DNA of 64,000 nucleotides, from assembly GCA_950097015.1 (NCBI GenBank), contig CATNEN010000032.1:372001-436000 (forward strand). The letters run 5' to 3'. Within the stretch, counting starts at the first letter, position 1; each line of letters begins with the position of its first letter. This document shows positions 21,801 to 33,200 of the stretch, piece after piece. Origin of the DNA: Macrostomum hystrix (taxonomy: Eukaryota; Animalia; Platyhelminthes). Under the pieces are notes generated by a model. That model saw only the letters and a list, made by a program, of their open reading frames with translations, had not been told where the DNA came from and searched no databases. The position numbers and the translations under genes were made by a program.

Positions 21801-24564
21801 CTAAAGGCCCACAAATTGCTCCAGCGGAATCAGGAATCGAACTACCGACCTCCAAGTCGTAAGTCCGAGATCTTCAAGTTGTAAGCCCGTGACCTTAATT
21901 TCGTTAGTGCGTGACCTTAAATTCGCGAGTCCGTGACTTTAAATTCGCGAGTCCGTGACCTTAAAGTCGTGAGTGCGTGACCTTAAAGTCGTGAGTCCGT
22001 GACCTTAAAGTCGTGAGTGCGTGACCTTAAAGTCGTGAGTCCGTGACCTTAAAGTTGTGATTGCGTGACCTTAAAGTCGTGAGTCAGTGACCTTAAAGTC
22101 GTGAGTGCGTGACCTTAAAGTCGTGAGTCCGTGACCTTAAAGTTGTGATTGCGTGACCTTAAAGTCGTGAGTCAGTGACCTTAAAGTCGTGAGTCTGATA
22201 TCTTAAAGTCGCCTCTGGGGCTCTAGCCCGGAGCCCGCGGCGCTGCTTTTTTAACCATTCTGCTGTGCTAGGCCTCCTCGACAAGGCGGGCGTCCTCTGA
22301 TGCCCGGTGCCATGGGCGACAGCCCGACAACGCCCGAAAAATAAGAAGAAGGAAGATCTCTTTTTATGCTGTGAGTACCACGCTCAAACCACTAGGCTAA
22401 AACCTAGAAAGCCAACAAAAAAACACTTTCTTTAGGACCTATACTACAAGTTTTTTGGATACTAAAATGAAGGGCTTCGGGGAAGCAAAAAGTATTAATC
22501 TTTAAATGTTCCTAAAAATAAAGATTTACCTCCGGTGGCTTCATGTTCAACACTTTAGTGATGCGGCCCTGCATGATGAGAAAGTGCGGATTGTTAATAT
22601 TGAGCTGCACAGAGTGAAAAAGATCGTGCACTCGATTGTTAGGCGCGCAGTTGCCATTGATGAGATACTTGTTGCGGCCGCCAATTACAATCTGCCTGGT
22701 GATTGTGATCTCTTCATAGTCTTCGTAGCCTAGTGGTTTCTGGTTCTTGTCTGTGTTGTCAAACACAATAGAGACAGTTGCCTTGGTAACACCAGCTTGG
22801 CCACTCTTGTAGACCAGGTCTTGCAGATTATTGGCACGAACCTGGTATAGAGATTTAAGATAAATATAAATATTTGCTTTTAAACTTGACTACTTGTCAG
22901 GCCAATGACTGATTGACATGCCTTTAAAATGTGATTTAGAAAAATGGTAATTGCAAATTATATTATATTTGACAATAGAAAAAACTATAATTTGTTTTTG
23001 AAAGATGCACTATCATCTTTTTGGAAATATGTGAAATGTTCAGTCCACTACCATGACTTATTAGGTTGGTGGGGGTCTAGAACAAGTGCTGAGGTTGGGT
23101 AGCAGTTGGGTTAATCCATTTAAACTAAGATTTTAAATGTATTTTTTTCACATACTCATGGCCATACCTTAAGCAAGCAGCTAAAAATTCAGCAAACAAT
23201 GTTTTCTTGGTAAAAGTGTAGAAATCACAAAGAACTAATAATTACTTTGTAGTAAGGGTTCTTAAAATCTAATGTCTTCAGTAAGAAAAGAAAAACTTTT
23301 GTTAGAGAAATAATAAATGAATAAATGATGATCAACTTGCTTTTATTCTTTGAGATTTATATATTAAATCTGAGAATTCTGTGCATACATGCATAAAGAA
23401 GAACTATCAAAAGAGACTTACAGATTAAACAAAGGATTTTAGAATTCAATGTTCTACTATACTGGTTTGAGGATGCACATTGCATATAATGCAAGCATGA
23501 AATTTAAACAAAAACATGTAGATGTGATTCTATTTTATAGAAAGCTTTGCTTGCTTACTTATCACATGTATGCTAGTCATGCATGCCCAATTTGTAGTAG
23601 TAGTTATATATACAATGTAATTGAGCTCATTCTTAGCTTTGGCAAAATGGGTGGCTACAGAAATTTTTGTCGTGCTCCTATTGAGGTCTTGTCTAAAGCA
23701 AACATACTTTTAGCTTTAGAAATAGAATTGTTCGCCACTGAACAGGCATGATTTTATGTTATTTAAATGTAATTTTTAATTAAATATGTATTAAAAAAGG
23801 AAGTGCTTATTCCCACGGTCCTATGCAGATAATTTCAATTTTATACACATGGATCCATGGATCCATGTGATCCATGTGGATAAAATTGAAATTATCGGCA
23901 TGGGACAGTGGGAATAAGCTCTGCCATTAAAAAATGGTTGCTTTAATCCAGCAGCTGCTTAAAGCCTATACTCGCCTTGTCAATCCAAAACTTGAAAAAT
24001 GATTCCTATACACATTCAATTAGGAATAAATAACTATTGAAACTATTGACTACTCATTAGATCATTTAATTGTTTTACTCATTTAAAGTAAAACCTAGAC
24101 TCAAGCAGAGCAATACAGCTTCTTATTTATACTTATATGTATATGATTAATACTTATATCATTATTTAATAATAATTTATAGGTGTGCATAGTTCAAATG
24201 GAAGGCAGCTTTTTAGCATATTTAGGTGCAAAAAAAGTTGTCACCGAACTGACCAATTCAGTCACCGAAACAACTTAAGTTGTCACCAAAATGACTGTCA
24301 CAGAAATGTCTTGTCACTAAAATGACCTGGGACCAAAAAATGGCAGCCTTCTTGTATAGTAAATCAAGTAAGTTTTAGGGAAAGAATGAATTTTACCTGG
24401 CTTAAGTTTGTGATACCAAGAAGAAAGCAAATTGAATCAAGAATATTTGATTTGCCACTGCCATTCAGGCCAGTGATAGCATTGAACTGGTGATCAAAAG
24501 GCCCGACTTCTGTACGAGTAGCATAAGATTTGAAGCCTTCGATAACAATTTTTTTAATATGCAT
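9851..24564 (-). CDS. SMC2: Structural maintenance of chromosomes protein 2 (condensin subunit), 12 exons, 1176 aa
   Basis: Exons (minus strand): 24397-24564, 22530-22841, 21542-21652, 21160-21360, 20337-20757, 20077-20252, 16192-16719, 14993-15463, 14002-14190, 12147-12446, 11482-11715, 9851-10270. All introns are GT-AG and phase-compatible; total 3531 nt. Motifs: [14 protein letters not shown], Walker [10 protein letters not shown]-loop LIMQG, hinge [17 protein letters not shown], signature LSGGQ, Walker B/D-loop [11 protein letters not shown]. Confidence 0.97.
10290..11338. repeat. About 22-bp minisatellite (GACTGATGTTGGTGAATACCAAA family) filling SMC2 intron 11
   Basis: Tandem units with sub-variants; begins about 19 nt from the acceptor. 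Confidence 0.95.
11760..12064 (-). mobile_element. CORE-type tRNA-derived SINE (family 1)
   Basis: The minus strand reads a tRNA-like head GTAGCTTTGTGGTTAGGGCG...GGTTCGATTCC, then TGTGTCCTTTAGCAAGACACTTAACTCTGCATTGCTTCAGTTCACCCAGCTGTTAAATGGG, which resembles the MIR CORE domain, then an AT-rich tail. A second copy is at 40930-41225. Confidence 0.85.
12465..13880. repeat. About 22-bp minisatellite (GAGTGCTGATCCCTACACTTTA family) in SMC2 intron 9
   Basis: Tandem units with higher-order variant blocks. Confidence 0.95.
14503..14958. repeat. 21-bp minisatellite (TCTCAACATGAGATCTTAGCT) in SMC2 intron 8
   Basis: About 21 tandem units. Confidence 0.95.
15565..16162. repeat. 30-bp minisatellite (TGAAGGATGGTAGTCCCGATCAAGGGTTCC) in SMC2 intron 7
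   Basis: About 20 tandem units, two per 60-nt line. Confidence 0.95.
16735..17070. repeat. GT-rich about 16-bp minisatellite (GGGATGTGGGATTGAT) beside the SMC2 exon 7 acceptor
   Basis: Tandem degenerate units. Confidence 0.9.
17980..19951. repeat. 37-bp minisatellite (ACCCATGGGATAGATTAGCAATCCATTCCATTCCTTC), interrupted by a solo LTR
   Basis: Period of 37 measured from 18001 to 18038. The array resumes at 19553. Confidence 0.95.
19250..19552. mobile_element. Putative solo LTR, 303 bp
   Basis: Termini TGTAATG...CATCACA (TG...CA, 6/7 inverted match), flanked by a perfect 5-bp duplication CATTC (19245-19249 and 19553-19557) of the host repeat unit. Confidence 0.8.
20975..21128. repeat. 48-bp unit tandem repeat x3, related to the family-1 SINE 3' region
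   Basis: GTACAG recurs at 20979, 21027, 21075 and 21122. Unit core GTACAGCTATTCAGTCCGTGGACTG matches SINE GTACAGCTGATCAGTCCATGGACTG. Confidence 0.8.
21880..22210. repeat. 22-bp minisatellite (GTGACCTTAAAGTCGTGAGTCC)
   Basis: Period 22 (21961 to 21983), about 15 units. Confidence 0.93.
22212..22356 (+). mobile_element. Possible 5'-truncated non-LTR retroelement 3' end with (AAG)n tail
   Basis: GC-rich segment ending AAAAATAAGAAGAAGGAAGA, inserted inside the SINE head. No clear TSD. Confidence 0.4.
23805..23919. repeat. About 51-bp imperfect inverted repeat (hairpin, MITE-like) in SMC2 intron 1
   Basis: GCTTATTCCCACGGTCCTATGCAGATAATTTCAATTTTATACACATGGATC pairs with 23869-23919 with 4 mismatches. 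Confidence 0.85.
24234..24334. repeat. Short degenerate GTCACCGAAA-type repeat cluster
   Basis: Five GTCAC(C/A/T)(G/A)AA motifs about 20 bp apart. Confidence 0.55.
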
Positions 24565-25276
24565 TATTGCACGTGCAATTTATTTGATCAGGTAATTAAA
24601 ATTGTTAGCATAAAGTAACAATAAATTTTGCTATCCAATCAGCTAAGTAATTTATTAAGGATTGACGTTGTGAAGCGTGCTGGTCACGATTCTACATTTT
24701 TCTTTGAAGTATATCGTTTAAAACAAGCAAGCTTTATGACCAATAAAAACAATGCATTCCTTTTCTTTCGTTTCTTGTTTAAGTTATTTGATGAATTTAT
24801 TTGAACAAAATTCTAAGGAGCATTTACCTAAATCTTTATTTTTTGCTTTTACACGTTTATTTTTGAAAGGACTACATTTCATGGAAAACGTTTAAATTTT
24901 AACTAGTTTTATCTTTAGTCTCGATGCTAAAGAAGTTCTTTAGCATAATTATAAAACTACATATCTAACAAGTTTGAGTGTGATCATTTTAATTATTTTT
25001 TTATGTTAGCATTTTACTATTCCGTGTATGAGCTTACTGTCTGGTGCTTAGTATTGATTGCAAAGTGGTACTGTGGAGTGTGCTTATGTGGTAGTTGGTA
25101 AAATGGCCATATTGCTTCGCCTTCTTTCAATGTTTTTGTAGAACTACTAGAGTGTTACTAGAGTGGCCTAGTCAATCACCCTTTATTTAAATAACTTTTT
25201 TTAACTAATCCTCTTAGGAAGTACATGTGTATTGTTTTGTTCTCAAAATGACAAGTATTTACTCTTATATTTAAAT

Positions 25277-25693
25277 AAGGTAGTTGTTATTCGTCCGGTT
25301 AACTGGTTAACTACCCAAGGAATTTCTCCCCTTTCAATGAACAGGAGCAACGATCCTCCTAAAGACCACTCTTGCCCTGCTGAGAGCCATCTTGAGTCTT
25401 GACCTCACAAAGACCAAACTATACCCTTGAACTAAGTTAGTCCCTGAAACAACCGAATTTCTGGAAAAGTTTTAATTTTTTTAATTAGCTGATAAGCAAA
25501 AATAATTTGAGACACTTCAAATCTGAATGACTGTCCTTTTGCAGCTTGTTAATTATTTTATCTTACAAATGATAGAGGTTCTCGTAGTAGCGCTACAACC
25601 CCTTATAACTTAGTTATAAGTTATAACTTGGTTAACTGGATGAATAATCAAATGGCTATTTGTCCACTTAACTGGACAAATAACAACTACCTT
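25277..25693. mobile_element. MITE-like non-autonomous DNA element with about 30-bp TIRs
   Basis: AAGGTAGTTGTTATTCGTCCGGTTAACTGG (25277-25306) versus the reverse complement of CCACTTAACTGGACAAATAACAACTACCTT (25664-25693): 27/30 identical. AT-rich flanks, no clean TSD. Confidence 0.7.
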
Positions 25694-26530
25694 TAAATAA
25701 AAATTAGTTATTTACTTCAACAACCCTAAGGTTTACCTTAGAGTTTCAATAATAATATTTTTGGGTCAAAGACTGATATTGGCACACTAAGTGGTTTATC
25801 TTTTCAGAGGAAAATAGCTCATATAAAGTATTTTGCATAAGTATGTTTATTTGAATTTAAACTATATATATGGTGCATTTAAACAAAGTCTAGACATATT
25901 TCAAGACACTACTTGCATATATTTGCATATACACTAGAAATAATCACTTGTCTCAAACCAAACTCTTAAGCATACCTAGTGTCTTAACTCTTAGGTAGCT
26001 TTTCACCTATTCATAGCCTAGGGATCTCAGTGCCCTTGTATATGTCTATGTAAATTTTTTGACAAAGACACTACCTGTTTTGTAATAGTGTTGACTATCT
26101 TTAATTATTTTTTGTCTAGATTTTTACCCATGTTTTTTAATCCCATGCTAAAGTGAGACTACCAAATTTGGTATTGGTTCTTTGAAAGAAAATAGTCATA
26201 AAGTACAAATCATGTTTAGAGTTTATAATACCTGTAATCAATTGAAGCTAAAGGCTTGTGGCTGAAAAAAAGAATGAGAAGAACCAGCTGACTTGATTTA
26301 GCTCTTTAATTAAGTCTTTGTTTATTAGAGTTTTTCTCTAGACCCTAGGGCTAGAGGGAGGGTAGTCAGGCTTGACTGCCAAAACCCCAGATAACAGCCA
26401 CATTGAAACAAAACCATGGCACAGTGCACATGCACTGAAATGCCTAGCCAATCAGAGTAAAGAAGTTTTACTGGCACATTCACAAATAACAAAGCTAGGG
26501 GGATTCCCCCCTGACCATTATTTGTGCTGC

Positions 26531-26920
26531 ACCCAAATGGAGCAACGCAAGCACAAAAAACTCAAGAACACATCTTCTGAAACAAGAATCAAGCCGCCAG
26601 CTCTCCTACCCTCGAGATATTCAATGTTTCTGCCCAAGGGTCAGATTTTTCCTAAAAGCGCTAGTGTATTTCATGCACCTCTATACACAAATTAGCACTG
26701 CGCCTCATTGCAGCCTTGCCAGGTCTTCAAAATTTATCTGCTTGTCACCCAAATGTGTCTGCATCATCTCCATACTCGGTGGTCACCTACCTTTATGTAA
26801 ACGGATTTGCTAGACCTTCAAGGGCTACAACAGGTGGTAGAGGCAAATTTCACTGATCAAGCCTAAATATTAGGCGCAGCTCGACCACAGTACACTATCA
26901 CTTAGTCTGTTAACCAAGCC
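26531..26920. repeat. Dispersed repeat family 3, copy A
   Basis: Collinear with 29165-29585 (e.g. AGCGCTAGTGTATTTCATGCA and CAAGCCTAAATATTAGGCGCAGCTC identical). Confidence 0.8.
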
Positions 26921-27212
26921 AGGGGGCCTGAAAAAATTCTGGAATTGTGATATTATGACCTTGTTATTGTTTAACAACCTTTGGTTTGGTAGTCCTACTG
27001 TTAAATAATAACAGCGTCATAATGTCACAATACCAGCCCAGCAAAGACACCAAAGTCCAACTCCACCAAACCTTGGCATTTATCAATAATAAATAAATAT
27101 ATTCTTATATTCTTTTTATAGTACAGCTTTAACTCCAAAGTAAACAAATTGAATCTACTCAAAATAAATTTCAAGTGTATTTATTTCTTGCCTTTCAGCT
27201 TGGCTGGCAGGC

Positions 27213-30200
27213 ATGAAGCTGGGCTTGTATTCCCGCCTCCACCCGGATGCTGAGTCTAGCGTATTTGAAGTTTTCTATGAATTGCACAGGTACTCGGACT
27301 TAGACGAGACAATCCCAGTGTTCAGCTATTGGACGGTGGCCAATCGAGACAATGCGACCCTAGTAGCTGAATGGGAGAAGAAGATTGGGGAATACGCCAT
27401 GCCGCCATCACTGCAGTGCCGGGAACGGTGTGACAGCGGCTGCGCTGCATTCACAGATCTGGACTCGCGGCTCACCTTCCTGTTCGCGAGCTATTATCGC
27501 ACTAATGGCGGTCTGCGCTGCCTATTGTTTGTTTCCAAGAATCCATGGTTCGAAGTGTTCGGAGAATTGCTCAACAGTCTGGCTCAGCTGTTGCTAGGTG
27601 AGGCAATTTCCTTTGCAAAACAATGGGATTTCATTTGCGGCTTGCCATGCTATCTGCGTTTATGAGGGCCTGTGCCCTTGGCCCTGGGAGTGTACACACA
27701 ATCGTGCGGCAAACTAAGACCCGCCTATAGCTTGAATCCGCCCCCTGGCCCCTCCAAAACTTAATTTCCCTGTTCAATCTCTGACCTGTCACTTATCTTC
27801 CTTGTCTCATCTCTACCATTTCTCACCCTTGCCCTGTCTCGTTTCTCCACAGTCTGATATCTACCCTGTCTCATCTCTCCCCTGTCTTATCTCTCCCTTG
27901 TCTCATCTCTACCCTGTCTCATCTCTACCCTGTCTCATCTCTCCCCTGTCTCATCTCTCCCCTGTCTCATCTCTCCGGTGTCTCATCTCTCCCCTGTCTC
28001 ATCTCTCCCAGGCTGCCTCATCTCTCCCCTGTCTCATCTCTCCGGTGTCTCATCTCTCCCCTGTCTCATCTCTCCCAGGCTGCCTCATCTCTCCCCTGTC
28101 TCATCTCTCCCCTGTCTCATCTCTCCCCTGTCTTATCTCTCCACTGTCTCGTCTCTCCCCTGTCTCATCTCTCCCCTGTCTCATCTCTCCCCTGTCTTAT
28201 CTCTCCACTGTCTCATCTCTCCCCTGTCTCATCTCTCCCCTGTCTCATCTCTCCCCTGTCTCATCTCTCCCCTGTCTTATCTCTCCACTGTCTCATCTCT
28301 CCCCTGTCTCATCTCTACCCTGTCTTATCTCTCCACTGTCTCATCTCTCCACTGTCTCATCTCTACTCTGTCTCATCTCTACCCTGTCTTATCTCTCCCA
28401 GTTCCTATCGTTCACATATCTCATCTTTCTCGGTTCTTGGTCTCCCCTGTCTCAACTCCCCCCGTGTGCATTCGGAGGTCAGTTTAATCAACAATAACTT
28501 TTATACCCCCACTAGCTGCGACAAAAATCGATAATAATTAACGCTTGATCGTTTCATTCATATTGATATGTAGGACTGATAGGATTCTTAAGTGTTGAGT
28601 ATAATAGTACATATGCCGTTTTTGCTCATAAAAATTGTCCACTAGTGCCAAAAAATGTGTCCCAAACGCTTGGCCTCTTTAAATAGGCGATCGCCGCAAC
28701 GAGACACTGGTCAATGTGATCCTCTGCCAGCTGGAGAATTGTCCTCGCACCCCGCCCGGCGCCAGCCTTGCGCAGTCGGCCTGCCTGACACCCGGCCAGA
28801 TTAGGCTGAATCGAACCGTCGACTCGGACGATCAACTGCCGTCTCTGGCCTCTTGCGCGCCTCTGCGAGAGCTCTACAATAGGCTGTCCGAGCCTGACTC
28901 TCTCCTGTTTGTCCTCTGCGCCCTGCTGTGCGAGAAGAAGCTGTTGCTGATTGGCCGAAGACCCGGCCAGCTCAGCTTGGCCGTGTTCGGCTGCCTGGGC
29001 CTGCTGTATCCATTCAGCTGGGAGCACGTGCTGGCGCCCCTGCTGTCGGATAGCAATGTGGACCATCTCAGCTGTCTGGTGCCATTCGTGTTCGGCATGT
29101 CGGAAGCGCTTTATGAAGCCAATAAAGCTCAGGTTAGTTAGTTAACAGTAGAACTACAAGGGGGGCACTCCAAACGGAGCAACACAAGCACACGAAACTC
29201 AAGAACACGGGCCAAATTATTGTTGTGCATCTGCTGAAGACGTCATAATATTCAATGGTTCTGGACAGAGGTCTGGTTTTTTCCGTAAGCGCTAGTGTAT
29301 TTCATGCATCCCTATGCACGAATTAGCACTGCGCCTCAGTGCGACCTTCCCAGGCACTAAAAATTGATCAGCATGTCACCCGAATGTGCCTGCACCATCT
29401 CCGTCTTCGGTAGTCACCAACCTTTATCTAGACGGATTTGCTGGACCTTCAATGGCTACAACAGGTGGAACTAGGCCACTAGCTATGGACACCCTGCGCT
29501 AATTTCTCCGATTTCACTAATCAAGCCTAAATATTAGGCGCAGCTCAAACACAGGACACCCTCGCCCTAGTCTGTCAGCCAACCAGTCACCACCCAACTA
29601 TGTTAGCATTCAGGAAATGGGTGGCAAAGTAGCTTGGTAATCATACTGTTAGTGAGGGATATGGCTTGGACATTGTTTGAGTAGGGCTTTTTTGTCTGCT
29701 TAAGAATTGGTGGTGTAAGTGTGTAAGAACATTTTTCCCACTGTGCCATTGATTCAATTAATTTTACACCGTTTCTTTTACACCAATAAGTTCGTTTTAT
29801 TGCTACCAATCACATTGCCTCAATAGTCAATTTTCTCCTCAATCTAATCCGTCGCCAGGTCGAGAACTGCCTGTCCTCTGACGAAGATTTCATCCTAATC
29901 CGGCTGGATTCCGGCGAGATGTTCGTCCGCGAAGGCGCCGAGTCCTGCGTGGACGCCCTCGCCCTGCCACCCGGCCTGCTGCGCAGCCTCCGGCGCGCGC
30001 TGAAGCCGAGCAACAGCACCGGCCTAGGCGACACCCAGTTCTCTAGGGCGTTTCTCGACCTGACCAGCGAACTGGCGGCGCCGTTGCGACAGTTTGCTCT
30101 GGACGGACGGACAGTCTGCCAGCCGGAGGATGTCCTGGCGGCCAGTCCGGATCAGCTGAAGCCCTGCCTGCGCCGCCTGTCGCAGTCGCAGCTGTTCGAC

Positions 30201-33200
30201 GAGTTCTGCCGGCGCTACCTGGCCGAGCCGGGTGCGCCTTATTGGACGCCGTTCAATGCGGCCGCCGACCGGGTGCTGGCTGATCGGCGAAAACTTTCGC
30301 TGCCCGTGCCCAATGCCAAGGCCTTGCAGCAACAGGTCGGTCTAACAAAACTTTTTAATTTGGCTTTTAGTGAATAACAGATTGTTTTCCCTTCAAGGTT
30401 CCCTGAGATTTGTAGCCTGTAATTATTGACATTTGTAGCTTGTAATTATTGATATCTGTAGCCTGTAATTATAGATATCTGTAGCCTGTAATTATTGGTA
30501 TCTGTAGCCTGTAATTATTGATATTTGTAGCCTGTAGTTATTGATATCTGTAGCCTGTAATTATTGATATCTGTAGCCTGTAATTATTGATATCTGTAGC
30601 CTGTAATTATTGATATTTGTAGCCTGTAGTTATTGATATCTGTAGCCTGTAATTATTGATATCTGTAGCCTGTAATTATAGATATCTGTAGCTTGTAATT
30701 ATTGATATCTGTAACCTTTAATTATTGGTATCTGTAGCCTGTAATTATTGGTATCTGTAGCCTGTAATTATTGATATCTGTAGCCTGTAATTATTGGTAT
30801 TTTTAGCCTGTAATTATTGATATCTGTAGCCTGTAATTATTGATATCTGTAGCCTGTAATTATTGATATCTGTAGCCTGTAGTTATTGATATCTGTAGCC
30901 TGTAATTATTGGTATTTGTAGCCTGTAAGTATTGATATCTGTAGCCTGTAATTATTGATATCTGTAGCCTGTAATTATTGATATCTGTAGCCTGTAATTA
31001 TTGATATCTGTAGCCTGTAATTATTGGTATTTGTAGCCTGTAATTATTGATATCTGTAGCCTGTAATTATTGATATCTGTAGCCTGTAATTATTGATATC
31101 TGTAGCCTGTAATTATTGGTATTTGTAGCCTGTAAGTATTGGTATTTGTAGCCTGTAATTGGTGAGATCTGTAGCCTGTAATTGGTGAGATCTGTAGCCT
31201 GTAATTGGTGAGATCTCTAGCCTGTAATTGGTGAGATCTCTAGCCTGTAATTGGTGAGATCTCTAGCCTGTAATTGGTGAGATCTCTAGCCTGTAATTGG
31301 TGAGATCTCTAGCCTGTAATTGGTGAGATCTCTAGCCTGTAATTGGTGAGATCTAGTGTTTAACCTCTATACTGCAGGTGCGCACCTTTATCAGTAGTGC
31401 CAGTCAATCTATGAAACGGCCTAGTCCTGGCAGCCCCTCTTTGCTGTCCGGTCTGGCACAGCAGCAGCAGCAGCAGCAGTGGCTCACCTACAAGCCAATT
31501 GAGGACTTTAATTTGCCCGATGAGGACGAGTATAACAGCATCAGCGTGGGGCCTTCTGTTGCCGCACCGCCGGCAGCCGCCTCGCCAGTTCGCGCCACTG
31601 GCCCACCGATTCCGCCTAGGCCAGCCGTACCGGCAGTTGGCCGACTATTGGATCTAGACGATGACATTGGCTTCTGCTCCGATTCGGCTATTGTGAATTC
31701 GGCGGCTTCTAAAACATCAATCGAGGATGTTGACGCAATTACTGACGCCTTGCAGGTACCTGATGCATTTTTATTACTATTATTTGGTGCATGGTCGCCA
31801 TGCTCAAGTTAATGGTTGCCATGCTCAAGTTAATTGTTGCCATGCTCAAGTTAATGGTTGCCATGCTCAAGTTAATGGTTGCCATGCTCAAGTTAATGGT
31901 TGCCATGCTCAAGTTAATGGTTGCCATGCTCAAGTTAATGGTTGCCATGCTCAAGTTAATGGTTGCCATGCTCAAGTTAATGGTTGCCATGCTCAAGTTA
32001 ATGGTTGCCATGCTCAAGTTAATGGTTGCCATGCTCAAGTTAATGGTTGCCATGCTCAAGTTAATGGTTGCCATGCTCAAGTTAATGGTTGCCATGCTCA
32101 AGTTAATGGTTGCCATGCTCAAGCGCCTGGTTGCCAGGTTTAAGTGCATGGTTGTCATGCTTAAGTATCATTAATTATTGACTTTAACTTGCCGGCGTAT
32201 CTTCGCATTGTTTAGCATGTATAAGTGGAGTTTTAGGATAGACCCCTGTGTAGAGTGGCCTGTAAATGTTAAAGTAAAGTTTCGGTGCTTTCTATCCACA
32301 CAGAACAGATAAAATCGCAAATAAATTTTCCAGCAAAGGGCAGGCGACTTGGATACAAGTCGCATTCTCTGCCAAGCTTTAGTTAGACATACCTAGGTGC
32401 TTCTAGTATCAGGTGTGGGTGTTTAGAGAAATTTCAGAATAGTTTGACATTGCAGAGATGGCGTGTAGTTTCAGGTTACAGGAATTGTGGCTAGAGTCTG
32501 AATCGTTGCGTACTAGGAACTGGAATCGTATTGAGAACTCAAATCGTATTAAGAACTGGAATCGTATTAAGAACTGGAATCGTATTAAGAACTGGAATCG
32601 TATTAAGAACTGGAATCGTATTGAGAACTGAAATCGTATTAAGAACTAGAATCGTATTAAGAACTGGAATCGTATTGAGAACTGAAATCGTATTAAGAAC
32701 TGGAATCGTATTAATAACTGGAATCGTATTAAGAACTGGAATCGTATTAAGAACTGGAATCGTATTAAGAACTGGAATCGTATTAAGAACTGGAATCGTA
32801 TTAAGAACTGGAATTGTATTGAGAACTGAAATCGTATTAAGAACTGGAATCGTATTAAGAACTGGAATCGTATTAAGAACTGGAATTGTATTAAGAACTG
32901 GAATCGTATTAAGAACTGGAATCGTATTAAGAACTGGAATTGTATTAAGAACTGGAATCGTATTGAGAACTGAAATCGTATTAAGAACTGGAATCGTATT
33001 AAGAACTGGAATCGTATTAAGAACTGGAATCGTATTGAGAACTGAAATCGTATTAAGAACTGGAATCGTATTGAGAACTGAAATCGTATTAAGAACTGGA
33101 ATCGTATTAAGAATTGAAAACCTTATTAAGAACTGGAATCGTATTAAGAACTGGAATCGTATTAAGAACTGGAATCGTATTAAGAACTGGAATCGTATTA

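Larger units (their letters stand above)
21727..22399 (-). mobile_element. Disrupted CORE-SINE (family 1): body 21727-21870, expanded head-derived array, inserted fragment, A-box end 22361-22399
   Basis: The body aligns to 11900-12040. 22361-22399 reads TAGCCTAGTGGTTTGAGCGTGGTACTCACAGC on the minus strand, matching the head of the intact copies. Confidence 0.72.
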
